A stretch of 64,000 bases of DNA from Desulfurococcaceae archaeon (GTDB taxonomy: Archaea; Thermoproteota; Thermoprotei_A; Sulfolobales; NBVN01), in assembly GCA_020833255.1 (NCBI GenBank), contig JAJHQR010000001.1, forward strand, positions 7,359 through 71,358, written 5' to 3'. Of the stretch, positions 1-10,409 are shown in pieces. The stretch's first letter is position 1; each line of letters opens with the position of its first letter. Under the pieces are notes generated by a model. It ran no database searches and was not told the DNA's origin. It was given only the letters and a program-made list of their open reading frames with translations. Position numbers and translations under genes: made by a program.

Positions 1-803
1 CTGGGAGGATAGAGAACGGGTCAGCCCTCTTTAAAAGGAGGAATAATGAGGTAGTAGATCTACTTAAGGTTCCTGAGGAAGTCATCAGGGATATTAGAGG
101 TAATGAGATAGCCTACGTATTTCAGGACCCTACGTCAGCGTTAGACCCACTCTACACCGTTGGTACGCATATAGTGGAGACGGTGACCAATCATAGGAAG
201 GTTAAGGCTAAGGAGGTTTTGAGGGATGCTATCAGACTCTTAAAGGAGGTTGTCATACCGAGTCCTGAGCTAAGAGTTAAGAATTACCCGCATGAATTGT
301 CGGGCGGCATGAGGCAGAGGGCAGTAATAGCTACTAGTTTATCTAACAGTCCTAAGCTACTTATAGCTGATGAACCCACTACGAACCTAGACGTGACTAT
401 TCAGGCACAAATCCTCGAATTACTCAAAAACTTGCAAGCGAAGTATAAGATGAGCTTGATCCTCATAACACATAATCTAGGCATAGTAGCTGAAATCTCG
501 GACAGGGTTTACATAATGTATGCTGGTAAGATAGTTGAGGAAGCTCTCACTACCGACTTATACTACAAGCCTCTACATCCATACACGCAATTACTACTTA
601 GGTCTGTCCCAAACCCGCTCAAGAGGATTGAGAAACTCGAGTCTATACCTGGCGTGGTCCCCTCCTTAATAAACCCGCCCCCTGGTTGCAGATTCTATCC
701 TAGGTGTCCTTACGCGACCGACGTATGCAGGCGTGAGGAACCGTCTATGATAGAGGTGGAACCTCGGCATAGGGTTGCGTGTTGGCTTTATTTAAAGAGG
801 TGA
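1..803 (+). CDS. oppD: Oligopeptide/dipeptide ABC transporter ATPase (OppD/DppD-like), 5'-truncated by the window edge
   Basis: Frame is open from base 3 (GRIENGSALF...IAYVFQDPTSALDP). Contains LSGGMRQR signature, LIADEPTT Walker B, HPYT motif and C-terminal GCRFYPRC...C Fe-S tail. Confidence 0.9.
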   Translation, partial: GRIENGSALFKRRNNEVVDLLKVPEEVIRDIRGNEIAYVFQDPTSALDPLYTVGTHIVETVTNHRKVKAKEVLRDAIRLLKEVVIPSPELRVKNYPHELSGGMRQRAVIATSLSNSPKLLIADEPTTNLDVTIQAQILELLKNLQAKYKMSLILITHNLGIVAEISDRVYIMYAGKIVEEALTTDLYYKPLHPYTQLLLRSVPNPLKRIEKLESIPGVVPSLINPPPGCRFYPRCPYATDVCRREEPSMIEVEPRHRVACWLYLKR

Positions 804-808
804 TCTAG

Positions 809-1774
809 ATGTCATCGCCTCTACTCGAGGTGCTTGATCTGAAAGTCTATTTTAGGGTGAGGGGTTCCTTATTCGCTAAAGTTAAAGCTGTTGATAATGT
901 GAGTCTCAAGGTATTCAAAGGAGAAACTCTGGGCATTGTTGGGGAAAGCGGTTGCGGGAAGACTACTCTAGGCAAGACGATACTCTTACTTAACAAACCC
1001 ACGTCCGGCAAAATATTATTTGAAGGCCTAGACGTAGTTAAGCTGAAGGGCAGGAAATTACTTGAGTTCAGAAGAAACGCACAGATGGTTTTTCAAGACC
1101 CTCACACATCATTAAATCCTAGAATGACTATAGCAGAAACTTTGCTAGAGCCGTTAAGGGAACATAAAGTCCAGTTAAACGATTACGAAGAGTATTTAAT
1201 TAAGGAGATGGAGAGTGTTGGTTTAGGCTCAGAACACCTATACAGATACCCGCACGAGCTTTCAGGAGGTCAGAAGCAGAGGGTCGCGATATTAAGAGCC
1301 ATAATCTTAAGACCTAAATTAATAGTGCTTGACGAACCTACTTCGGCTCTAGACGTATCTGTTCAGGCGCAAATCCTTGAATTGCTGAGGGATCTACAAA
1401 GAAATCATAACTTAACCTACGTATTCATATCACACGATATCTCAGTAGTTAAATACATGAGTAACAGAATAGCGGTAATGTACTTAGGGAAAATAGTGGA
1501 GATAGGGAACTCGCAAAAACTTTATGAAAAACCTCTCCACCCCTACTCAGTTATGTTGCTCTCATCAATTCCAATACCGGACCCGTTAGTCTCCCGAAGC
1601 AGGAAGAAGGTAATACCTCAAGGCGAGCCACCATCCCCAATAAATCCGCCTCCTGGATGCAGGTTTCACCCCAGGTGCCCTTACACCATGGATATATGCA
1701 AAACCAAAGAACCTCCTTTAACGGAAGTTGAGCCAGGATATTACGTAGCTTGCTGGCTCTACGCACACGGCTAA
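809..1774 (+). CDS. oppF: Oligopeptide/dipeptide ABC transporter ATPase (OppF/DppF-like)
   Basis: GESGCGKTT Walker A, LSGGQKQR, LDEPTSALD, C-terminal GCRFHPRC...C. Follows the OppD-like gene. Confidence 0.9.
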   Translation: MSSPLLEVLDLKVYFRVRGSLFAKVKAVDNVSLKVFKGETLGIVGESGCGKTTLGKTILLLNKPTSGKILFEGLDVVKLKGRKLLEFRRNAQMVFQDPHTSLNPRMTIAETLLEPLREHKVQLNDYEEYLIKEMESVGLGSEHLYRYPHELSGGQKQRVAILRAIILRPKLIVLDEPTSALDVSVQAQILELLRDLQRNHNLTYVFISHDISVVKYMSNRIAVMYLGKIVEIGNSQKLYEKPLHPYSVMLLSSIPIPDPLVSRSRKKVIPQGEPPSPINPPPGCRFHPRCPYTMDICKTKEPPLTEVEPGYYVACWLYAHG

Positions 1775-1858
1775 TTACGTATCGAAATATTGTGGGTCCC
1801 CTATAGTCAAATAACGTTATTATTATATCGTACATATAACATTATTAGGTGGTTAGTA

Positions 1859-2566
1859 ATGAACGCACTGGTTACAGGTGCTTCATCAGGTATTGGGAGG
1901 GCTTTAAGTATTGAGTTCTGTAGGGAGGGTGGTAAGGTTTTAGGGGTTGGGAGGAGTGTTGAAAGACTTGAGGAAATTAAGAACGCTTACAATAATTGTT
2001 TCGATTACTTAGTTCTTGACTTAAGTGATGTTAGGAGTGTGAGGTCCGTCGTCGCCGAGGTTGCGAGGAGGTTTGAGGTTTTGGATGTGTTGGTGAATAA
2101 CGCGGGTTACGGATTATACAGAAACTTACTTGATTTAAGTATTGACGAGATTGTTAGCATGACTTTAGTGAATTTCGTTACGCCTTTAGCGTTAGTTAAT
2201 GAGCTCTTACCTCTCATGAGGAGGGGGTCCACGGTAGTCAACGTAATAACTGCGGGGGTGCATGTCTTAATGACTAAGCTACCTCTTTATGGCGCGACGA
2301 AGATAGCGTTGCATTATGCTTCAGAAGCTCTACGCAGGGAGCTTAGAGCTAAGGGAATACACCTACTCAGCGTTTATCCAGGCGTTGTCAGAACTAGCTT
2401 TCACTCCAGAGCCGGCTTAAGTGATGTTAGAGGTGGTGTGTCTCCTGAGGAGGTAGCTAAGAAGATAATTAAATCTGTTAAGTCTAGGAAGAAGCGTGTC
2501 TACATACCTGGCTATTTAGAGGTAGCGCGTGTTTTCCTAGGTCCTCACCTACTAGCTCTATACTAA
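1859..2566 (+). CDS. Short-chain dehydrogenase/reductase (SDR)
   Basis: TGASSGIG NAD(P)-binding motif, NNAG, YGATK catalytic YxxxK. ATG at 1859 after an AGGTGG SD-like sequence is preferred over the TTG at 1790. Confidence 0.9.
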   Translation: MNALVTGASSGIGRALSIEFCREGGKVLGVGRSVERLEEIKNAYNNCFDYLVLDLSDVRSVRSVVAEVARRFEVLDVLVNNAGYGLYRNLLDLSIDEIVSMTLVNFVTPLALVNELLPLMRRGSTVVNVITAGVHVLMTKLPLYGATKIALHYASEALRRELRAKGIHLLSVYPGVVRTSFHSRAGLSDVRGGVSPEEVAKKIIKSVKSRKKRVYIPGYLEVARVFLGPHLLALY

Positions 2567-2580
2567 TACTTGCTTCACGC

Positions 2581-3504
2581 TCATCGCTTGTGAATAAAGC
2601 CGACAGCTTCTTCCAGAGTTGAGAAGCCTTTCCTCTCAAGCCAGTTCTCAAGCTCCTTCAGCAAGTTACTCACGTGTTCTCTAGGGTTCCTAGCGGTCAT
2701 CAAAGAAGTCACTAACTGGACCGCCCTAGCCCCGGCTAGTATGTAGGAAGCTATGTCGCTCCAGTACCTGATACCGCCGCAACCTATTATCTCCGCTTTA
2801 TACTCTTTGTAAGCGTCGTGAACAGCTCTTAACCCGATGTAGAGTATCGGCGCCCCGGAATACCCCATATTACTGGATGAAAGACTGTAAGAGAGTTTCT
2901 CAGGATCTATGGAGACTACCTTAACGGAGTTTATCAGGGTCACGGCCCTAGCCCCGCCCTCAAGAGCTTTCCCCACCATTTGGATCAAGCCGTTCCTGAA
3001 GTCAATCCCTAACTTAGCTATGACAGGTAGTCTCACAGTGCTTGAGACTCCTCTCACCACCTCATACATTGTTTGCAGGTCCGTCAGTGAGTTAAGTCCG
3101 TAGCCTGACGTGGTAGGACAACTCAAGTTAAGCTCGACGGCGCTAGCCCCAGCCTCCTCAGCTATGGATGAAACCTCCAGATATTCCTCCAGCGACCTAC
3201 CCCCAACACTAACTATTACTGGCACGCCGCAACCTCTCGCTTCCTGAACTAACTCGTAGATATGCGTAGCTCCCGGGTTAGGCAAACCCATAGAATTGAT
3301 GACCGCTCCTAAATCACTCAAGTATAGAATATTCGGTGGTTTATTCATGACTCTCGGATAACGAGTGATCGTTTTAGTGACTATCGCCGCCAGACCCCAA
3401 GAACACATTATGCTTACCTGCTGCCTACTACTACCTAAAAGACCGCTACCGTTCATCACGGGATGACGCAAACTTAATCCACACACCCTACTACTTAACC
3501 TCAC
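2581..3504 (-). CDS. pyrD: Dihydroorotate dehydrogenase (family 1-like)
   Basis: TKT, NSMGLPNPG, ELNLSCP catalytic Cys loop, IIGCGGI, GARAVQL FMN-binding motifs. Confidence 0.8.
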   Translation of the reverse strand: MRLSSRVCGLSLRHPVMNGSGLLGSSRQQVSIMCSWGLAAIVTKTITRYPRVMNKPPNILYLSDLGAVINSMGLPNPGATHIYELVQEARGCGVPVIVSVGGRSLEEYLEVSSIAEEAGASAVELNLSCPTTSGYGLNSLTDLQTMYEVVRGVSSTVRLPVIAKLGIDFRNGLIQMVGKALEGGARAVTLINSVKVVSIDPEKLSYSLSSSNMGYSGAPILYIGLRAVHDAYKEYKAEIIGCGGIRYWSDIASYILAGARAVQLVTSLMTARNPREHVSNLLKELENWLERKGFSTLEEAVGFIHKR

Positions 3505-3705
3505 CTAAAATCACCTCAAGCCAACGAACGTTATAGTAAACTCAACGAAGTCTTATAAAGCTTTCTACGCTCCTCGAACATCACCCTCAAAATAACATGG
3601 CTTAGTAACCATAACGATAATCCCTTGAAGTAATGGTTTAGGAGTGGTAGATATTTGCGGGATTTATTTTTCTTGAGTAAGTATTCTATGATGAAGGTGT
3701 GTGCG

Positions 3706-6700
3706 GTGAAGGAGAAAATCTTGTTAGTGGTTTTGATTGGTTTAGTCTTCGTCAGCGTCTTCTCAACCCCGTTAGGTTTGGTGAGGGCTGAGAGGAAGCC
3801 TCTTAACGTGATCATAGTTTGGCATTATCATCAACCATGGTATTACGGGAGCAACGATTCTTACTTCATTCTGCCTTGGGTTAGAATGCATTCGGTAGGT
3901 AATTACTATAAGATGGCTTTAATACTGAGTAAGTATCCTGAAGTCAAAGCAACCTTCACGTTCTCCGGCTCACTCCTCCACCAGTTGCTGAGCGCGGTGA
4001 ACGGCGTCATGGACTTAAGGCAGATAATATCTTGGAAGATAGTTAATGGGACAGCAACTACTAAAGAGCTTTTCGAGATGTTGAGGATACCGGGGGGTTT
4101 CTTCGACATTAACTGGGCTAACATACTGGAGCTCTCGCCTAGATTCAAGGAGTTGAGGAGTAAAGCTCAAGCAGCTTTCACGAAATACTCGGGTCTTCCT
4201 GAGGAGGATATGATGGTTAAGGTGGTTAACGAGTTTACTAGGCAGGACTTCATAGATCTAGCGACTCTCTTCAACCTACTCTGGATAGATCCGGAGGTGG
4301 TGGGTAGTGAGTACCCTGAGTTAATGTCTTTGAGGGAGAGAGCCTTAACCCAGACAAGCCCTTCCTACACTGAAAGCGAGCTAGCTTTGGTTCTCAATAA
4401 GCACGTGGAGATAATGAGTAAGATAATACCTAAGTATAGGGAATTGCTTAACTCAGGTCAGGCAGAGCTTATCCCAGTACCCTACTCACACCCTATAGCT
4501 CCGCTCCTAGCCGACCTAGGCTGGTACGACGATCTAAGACTACATGTTAGGAAGTCGTTAGAGCTCTTCAAAACCTACTTCAACTACACCCCCTCAGGCG
4601 TCTGGCCAGCGGAGCAGGCGGTCAACGAGGAAGCGCTGAGAGTGTTTAGTGAGCACGGTATCTCGTGGTGTGTGACTGACAGGAACGTGCTAGAGTTAAG
4701 CGGTGTTGACGTAACGAAACCGGAGAATTACTTGAGGCCTTGGAGAATAGACTTCAACACCTCATCCTTCTACGTGTTCTTCAGAGACCCTGACCTAAGC
4801 AATAGGATAAGCTTCTCGTACTCGGGGATGGAGACTAGCGCGGCTATCGAGGATTTAAGGAATTACCTACTGAGCATAGCTTCCGAGAACACTGATGAGA
4901 GCAACGTCATAGTTGTGGCTTTAGACGGGGAGAACCCGTGGGAGAGTTACAGAAACTTCGGCGACGACTTCTTAAACTCTCTTTACTCAACCCTCACAGA
5001 ACTGCAGGAGCAAGGCTACATAGTCACCTTAACCCCTTCCGAGTACTTGAGTCTGTATAGGGGGAGAAGCCCTCAACTACCGCTAACTACCCAGAAATAC
5101 CTTGACTTAGCAGGGAAAGACATATCTCATATAACGGCTTACGAGTCACTACCTACCAGGGAGCTTCAAGCAAGGATAGCTGAGAGTTCTTGGAGCGGTA
5201 AAGACGCTAGATTAAGTACTTGGATAGGTGATAAGCAGGAAAATATCGCTCTGATGTGGTTGGTTAAGGCTAGGAACGACGTGATATCTAGGTACGGCGT
5301 CTCAAGCCTTAGTGAGTTAGCTGAGGTGAATCCAGCGGCTACGGAAGCTATCTTAAGAGCTCAGGCAAGTGACTGGAATTGGTGGTATGGTGGGGAGTGG
5401 GGTCCTGTAGGAAGGTTCGACATAGTATACAAGTATTACTTGACTGAAGCTTACGAGTCCTCAGGCATTCAGCCACCGCCGTACCTAAACGCTACCTTCC
5501 TCCCCGACGGCGTTCCCGCAGGATTAATCAACGCGCAATCACCGCCGTCCTTAAAGACCAAGCCGGTGAATTACTTAATACCTGAGTCAGAGCTAGACCG
5601 TGTGTTGGAGGTTATCGTAGCTCATGAAGTGCTAGATAAGGTTATCGTAGGGGTTGATAGTGATTATATGTACGTGAATTTCCGGATTAAATCACCTGGT
5701 GATTCACCGTACTCGGTAGTTCTCTACTTGAGTAATCCTAGAAGGAGTTACTCGCCGTGGGTCAGGGGCTACAACGTGTTCCCGATAAACGCTACGAGGG
5801 ATTTAGGCGTAGCCATAGCTAGTGCGGTGGTTATCAAAGTATCTAGAGAAGCTTTAACGGATCCTCTCAGAAGGGTGGTCATCACCTACCAAGCAAGCGG
5901 TAACGAGTCGTACTATCCTTCCTACGTTGACTACTACAACGTGTTGGTTAGCGATAGCGATATCTACGTAGCGCTAGGCGTTAAGTGGGTTAATCTAGGC
6001 TTGGAAGTTGGTGACGTAACTTACTTGGCGGCGGCACTCTACGCTAACAACACCTTAGAAGCTTACTCGAGTAGGTTAGGGAGTGTTTACTTCGTTAGGG
6101 TGCCTAGACCCCCGGTAGCTCCTGGAGCTAACTTAATAGCGGAATTCACGGACCCCGAGAAAGACGATAAAGGTACTGGAACTTACGTCTACCCGTTAAA
6201 TAAAGTGTTCGTGCCCGGAGTCTTCGACCTACTTAAGTTTAGCGTGCTCGACGCCGGCGATAAATACATCCTAACTTTTGAGGTTAGGGAGTTAGGCGGT
6301 AATCCGTGGGGAGGGCCTAACGGCTTCAGCATGCAGTTCTTCCACGTATACTTAGACACCGACAACGTTCCAGGTAGCGGCAACATAACCACCTTCGGGT
6401 TATGGGTTAACGTAGACCCAGAGTATGCTTGGGAAGTAGCGCTACTCATAGGTCCTGGATGGGCCGGAGGCAATAACGTGATATACCCTAACGGCACGAA
6501 CGTAGCTAACGCCATGAGTATCTACGTAGAGCAACCAAACAAGATCGTGGCGGAGGTACCTAAGCAGTTGATACCTGCGATCAAACAGCCTAACGAGTGG
6601 GGGTGGATCGTGGCACTGACTTCATGGGACGGTTATGGAACCAACAACATAAGGTCTTTCTCCATAGACCCGAGCGAGTGGAACTTTGGCGTAGGAGCGC

Positions 6701-7062
6701 AGAACGCTGTAGGGGTTGCCGCGGGAGTCATACCAAGAATAGTAGACCTACTAGCACCAACACCTGAAATCCAGTACGCCCAACTCTCCTCCTACAGCGT
6801 GGACGTGAACACGTTAGTCGGGACCCCTGCTAAAATTAAGGGAGTCAGGCCGGCGATGCAAGCCCCGCAACAACCAACGACCGTAACGGAGACCGTTACG
6901 AGGACGGAGGTGTCGAGTACTACGTTCACGCTAACGGAAACCGTGACAACCCCGCAACTGATTACCGACTGGAACGCGGTGGTTTTAGGGGTGGGTGCAA
7001 CAGCGATAATCTTAGGCGTAGTGTTCTTTATGTTGGTTAGGCTCTTCTTCAAGAAGAAATAA
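3706..7062 (+). CDS. apu: Membrane-anchored GH57 amylopullulanase with glucodextranase/DOMON-like C-terminal domain
   Basis: Signal peptide, WHYHQP, WPAEQ nucleophile, ALDGENPWE acid/base, ASDWNWW. DPEKDDKGTGTYVYP...NPWGGPNGFS domain, Thr-rich linker and C-terminal TM helix plus KKK. GTG at 3706 follows AAGGTG. Confidence 0.92.
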   Translation: MKEKILLVVLIGLVFVSVFSTPLGLVRAERKPLNVIIVWHYHQPWYYGSNDSYFILPWVRMHSVGNYYKMALILSKYPEVKATFTFSGSLLHQLLSAVNGVMDLRQIISWKIVNGTATTKELFEMLRIPGGFFDINWANILELSPRFKELRSKAQAAFTKYSGLPEEDMMVKVVNEFTRQDFIDLATLFNLLWIDPEVVGSEYPELMSLRERALTQTSPSYTESELALVLNKHVEIMSKIIPKYRELLNSGQAELIPVPYSHPIAPLLADLGWYDDLRLHVRKSLELFKTYFNYTPSGVWPAEQAVNEEALRVFSEHGISWCVTDRNVLELSGVDVTKPENYLRPWRIDFNTSSFYVFFRDPDLSNRISFSYSGMETSAAIEDLRNYLLSIASENTDESNVIVVALDGENPWESYRNFGDDFLNSLYSTLTELQEQGYIVTLTPSEYLSLYRGRSPQLPLTTQKYLDLAGKDISHITAYESLPTRELQARIAESSWSGKDARLSTWIGDKQENIALMWLVKARNDVISRYGVSSLSELAEVNPAATEAILRAQASDWNWWYGGEWGPVGRFDIVYKYYLTEAYESSGIQPPPYLNATFLPDGVPAGLINAQSPPSLKTKPVNYLIPESELDRVLEVIVAHEVLDKVIVGVDSDYMYVNFRIKSPGDSPYSVVLYLSNPRRSYSPWVRGYNVFPINATRDLGVAIASAVVIKVSREALTDPLRRVVITYQASGNESYYPSYVDYYNVLVSDSDIYVALGVKWVNLGLEVGDVTYLAAALYANNTLEAYSSRLGSVYFVRVPRPPVAPGANLIAEFTDPEKDDKGTGTYVYPLNKVFVPGVFDLLKFSVLDAGDKYILTFEVRELGGNPWGGPNGFSMQFFHVYLDTDNVPGSGNITTFGLWVNVDPEYAWEVALLIGPGWAGGNNVIYPNGTNVANAMSIYVEQPNKIVAEVPKQLIPAIKQPNEWGWIVALTSWDGYGTNNIRSFSIDPSEWNFGVGAQNAVGVAAGVIPRIVDLLAPTPEIQYAQLSSYSVDVNTLVGTPAKIKGVRPAMQAPQQPTTVTETVTRTEVSSTTFTLTETVTTPQLITDWNAVVLGVGATAIILGVVFFMLVRLFFKKK

Positions 7063-7107
7063 CAAATTCAATCAATTTTTAAGCTTGTTGTCGTATTTTT
7101 TCTTGAG

Positions 7108-8520
7108 GTGATTTGCTTGGGTAGTGGTATTAGTAAGACTCTCGCCATAGTTATAGGTGTCGTGATTTTAATCGCTGTTGTAGGGATCATAATCTACATG
7201 ACTAGCTTACCACCCGCACCCACAACAACACCAACAACCACACCCACAACCACACCAACCACAACACCAACAACCACACCAACTACAACGCCTACCACGA
7301 CAACACCTATTACGTATAAGTTGAAGTTTGGTGATTTGGAGGTAACGGTTACTAAAGAGATTTACGAGGTGGCTCAGAAGGCTAAGAATGGACAGATAGA
7401 CGTTACGATTACTTTCTGGGTTTCTATGATGCCTTTTGAGGAGGACGTGATTAGGAATATTATCGCGAACTTCACTGCCGAGTATCCCGGTATAAAAGTT
7501 AACTTAGTCCACCAGGATAGTATGAAAGACGTTTACCAAGCTCAAGTAGCTATCGGGAGAGGCCCTGACTTACTTACTTGGGCTCATGACTGGACCGGAG
7601 GGTTTGCTGACGCTAACATGATCGTTCCCTTAGACCAGTACTTAACTACCGATATACTGAATCAATACGTTGACTCCGCGCTTAAGGCGGCGTCTTACAA
7701 TAACAAGATATGGGGCTTGCCTTGGGCAGCTGAGACAGTCGCTCTAGTATGTAATAACGCGTTAGTGAGTAAGATCCCGGAAAGCTTTGATGAGTTAAAG
7801 AGCATAATGCAGCAATACTATAGCCCTACTGCAGACATGTACGGTATTTCCTACCAAGTCGATCCTTACTTCGTTTCCGCATGGGCTCACGCCTTCGGAG
7901 GTTATTACTTTAACGACACCACCAAGAAGCCGGGGGTTAACTTAACTGAGACGGTGACTGGGATAAAGTTCTTCTACGAGAATATTTACGTGTACTTATA
8001 TCAAGGCGATTTAGGGCATGACGCGCAACTAAACTTATTCTTGAACGGTAAAACGCCGTGTATAGTGACCGGTCCTTGGGATATTAAAGCTATTAAGGAT
8101 GCAGGCATAAACTTCACCGTGACGCCGTTGCCTAAAATATCTGAGACCGTGGTGCCGAAGCCTTATTCAGGCGTTAAGCTAATATGGCTTAATCCAAACT
8201 CTCAGAATAAGGAGGCTGCAGTACTCTTCGCTCTATGGTTCACGCTGAATAATAGGGTCATACAGAAACTAGCTGAGACAGCCGGCTTCGTCCCAGTTCT
8301 TAAAGCCGTTCTTGGGTGGGAAGGCTTATCCAGACTTCCTGTAGTATATGGTTACGCTAGGGCTGTGGAAGGAAGTATTCCTATGCCTTCCAGCCCTGAG
8401 ATGAACTACGTGTGGGGTCCCGTCAGCGACGCGTTAACCGCTATAAACCAGGGCGTGCAGACAGTGGAGCAAGCGCTCAATTACGCTCAAGCAGAAATAC
8501 TTAAGAAGCTTCCAGGATAG
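7108..8520 (+). CDS. malE: Maltose/maltodextrin ABC transporter substrate-binding protein
   Basis: N-terminal TM helix and PTTT linker. GPDLLTWAHDWTG, GLPWAAETVAL, TGPW and PMPSSPEMNYVW are MalE-type motifs. Confidence 0.88.
   Translation: MICLGSGISKTLAIVIGVVILIAVVGIIIYMTSLPPAPTTTPTTTPTTTPTTTPTTTPTTTPTTTTPITYKLKFGDLEVTVTKEIYEVAQKAKNGQIDVTITFWVSMMPFEEDVIRNIIANFTAEYPGIKVNLVHQDSMKDVYQAQVAIGRGPDLLTWAHDWTGGFADANMIVPLDQYLTTDILNQYVDSALKAASYNNKIWGLPWAAETVALVCNNALVSKIPESFDELKSIMQQYYSPTADMYGISYQVDPYFVSAWAHAFGGYYFNDTTKKPGVNLTETVTGIKFFYENIYVYLYQGDLGHDAQLNLFLNGKTPCIVTGPWDIKAIKDAGINFTVTPLPKISETVVPKPYSGVKLIWLNPNSQNKEAAVLFALWFTLNNRVIQKLAETAGFVPVLKAVLGWEGLSRLPVVYGYARAVEGSIPMPSSPEMNYVWGPVSDALTAINQGVQTVEQALNYAQAEILKKLPG
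7219..7305 (+). repeat. (PTTT)n Thr-rich linker repeat in MalE
   Basis: Imperfect 12-nt tandem repeat (e.g. ccaacaaccaca) encoding PTTT about 7 times. Confidence 0.85.
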
Positions 8521-8534
8521 GGTGAATTAAGGGT

Positions 8535-9488
8535 ATGGCGAAACCTAAAGGTAAAGAAGAACTCCTTTTTCCCGCTAAAATAGCTCTCCTCCTCACGATC
8601 CCGTCGCTCTTCCTCTTCATATTCTTTAATATATGGCCGATAGCTTTCTCAGTATACCTAGCGTTCACTAACGCTAATCAAATAAACGTGTACAACCCGG
8701 AGTATCCCGCTAGACCGCTCAGATTCATAGGCTTAAGCAACTTCGTCCAGTTATTTAATGACCCGGCTTTCTACTACTCACTACTGAAAACCTTGCTATT
8801 TCTTGGGACTTCAGTCCCTCTCAAGATGTTGGTTGGGGTAGGCCTTGCTTTCCTCTTCTCATCGCCCCTGATCTACGGGAAGAGGGTGATGAGGGGGTTA
8901 CTGCTAACGCCTTGGGCTCTGCCCGCCATACTATCCGTCATGATATGGAGGGGTGCTCTCGACCCTAGATACGGGCCTATGACGCCGTTCTTCTCGTTAA
9001 TTGTTGGGAGGCCTTTTCAGGCAGTAGGTACGACGATGAACGAATGGGATTCTTTCCTCGCGTACAACATCATAGAGATGTGGTTGGCTTACCCATTCGT
9101 AATGACCGTGGTAGGCGGGGCTATCTCAGGCATCCCTAAGGAGATTATTGAGGCTTCCATAGTTGACGGGGCGGGCGTGTTCTCAAGAACCACTAAGGTA
9201 GTCTTGCCCCTAATTATGAGGACGGTGGCTTTCGTGGCGGTCCTTACGTCAGGCGCTTCCTTACAAGCGTTTCTAATACCTTTCGTTCTCAACGACGGAG
9301 GTCCTATGAAGATCTTCGCAGGTAAATTAATCTCCAGTAATGATTTGCTACTCCTCTACGGGTATCACAGGTTTATGAGAGATTATGAGTGGGGTTACGC
9401 AGCGGCTTTCTACCTGATAGTCGTCATGATCCTCTCCGTATACGTATACATATGGTTTAAGTTCGTCTTCCAGAGAGGTGGTAAGTGA
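8535..9488 (+). CDS. malF: Sugar ABC transporter permease (MalF-like)
   Basis: Multiple TM helices, EAA loop IPKEIIEASIVDGA, in operon with malE. Confidence 0.85.
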   Translation: MAKPKGKEELLFPAKIALLLTIPSLFLFIFFNIWPIAFSVYLAFTNANQINVYNPEYPARPLRFIGLSNFVQLFNDPAFYYSLLKTLLFLGTSVPLKMLVGVGLAFLFSSPLIYGKRVMRGLLLTPWALPAILSVMIWRGALDPRYGPMTPFFSLIVGRPFQAVGTTMNEWDSFLAYNIIEMWLAYPFVMTVVGGAISGIPKEIIEASIVDGAGVFSRTTKVVLPLIMRTVAFVAVLTSGASLQAFLIPFVLNDGGPMKIFAGKLISSNDLLLLYGYHRFMRDYEWGYAAAFYLIVVMILSVYVYIWFKFVFQRGGK

Positions 9489-10303
9489 GTATGGCAACAC
9501 TCAAGCTCTACCTCCTCAAACTGTTTTTAACGGCGGTAGCTTTCTCCATAACCGCTACACTGCTTTACCCGGTGGTCTACATTTTCCTCACCGCATTCTC
9601 GAGACTGCCCACGCTATCACTCGATATCTCATACTTCACTATAGAGAATTTCGTGTCCGTCATCAACGACGCAGACTTCAGGAACTCACTAATTCTAAGC
9701 TCTCTGGTTTCCGGGGCTACGGTGTTTTTAGCGTTGCTCTTCATAACGCCGGCAGCGTACGCTTTCTCTAGATTCAAGTTTAGAGGTAAGAGCACGGCGC
9801 TTTACTCCTACCTGATATTCAGTCAGGTTAGCGGCGGTTTCGGGGTGGCGTCACTAGTAGCTCTCTTCGTTTTCTTAGGTAAGCTTAACTTAGTCAGCAT
9901 ATACGTCTTACCGTTCCTGTACGTCTCAGGCATGGTCCCCTTCAATACCTGGCTCCTCAAAAACTACTTCGATAACATACCTAGAGAATTAGATGAGGCG
10001 GCTTTCGTAGACGGCAGTAGTTGGTGGACACTCATATTCAGGGTTATCCTACCATCCTCTAAAGCACCAATACTAGTGCTAGCTATATTCGCCTTCATGG
10101 GCGCGTGGTCTGAGTTCATCCTAGCCAACCTCTTCGGCTTCAGGACCTTGCCTGTCTTAATGTATAAGTACGTGGGAGCGTACACCACGTACTGGAATAT
10201 GTTCGCGGCTACGGCAATCCTCTACGCAATACCGATAATAATCATGTACATGACGGCGCAGAGATTCATAGGAGAAGCAGTTAGGATGGGTGTTAAAGGC
10301 TGA
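9485..10303 (+). CDS. malG: Sugar ABC transporter permease (MalG-like)
   Basis: AAYAFSRFKF, EAA loop IPRELDEAAFVDGS, FMGAWSEF. 4-nt overlap with malF. Confidence 0.88.
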   Translation: MSMATLKLYLLKLFLTAVAFSITATLLYPVVYIFLTAFSRLPTLSLDISYFTIENFVSVINDADFRNSLILSSLVSGATVFLALLFITPAAYAFSRFKFRGKSTALYSYLIFSQVSGGFGVASLVALFVFLGKLNLVSIYVLPFLYVSGMVPFNTWLLKNYFDNIPRELDEAAFVDGSSWWTLIFRVILPSSKAPILVLAIFAFMGAWSEFILANLFGFRTLPVLMYKYVGAYTTYWNMFAATAILYAIPIIIMYMTAQRFIGEAVRMGVKG

Positions 10304-10310
10304 AAACTTG

Positions 10311-10358
10311 TCAGACCTCCTGGGAACATCACCCCTCAGACGGTTGATCCCTCATCAC
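10311..10358 (-). ncRNA. Box C/D methylation-guide sRNA
   Basis: Minus strand reads GTGATGA (C), GGGATCAACCGT, CTGA (D'), GGG, GTGATGT (C'), TCCCAGGAGGT, CTGA (D). Guides are a canonical 12 and 11 nt. TTTAAA box lies upstream at 10391-10396. Confidence 0.9.
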
Positions 10359-10409
10359 TACAGTATAGTAAAGCTAGCCACGTTTTAAGGTTTAAAGAAC
10401 TCTCAGAAC

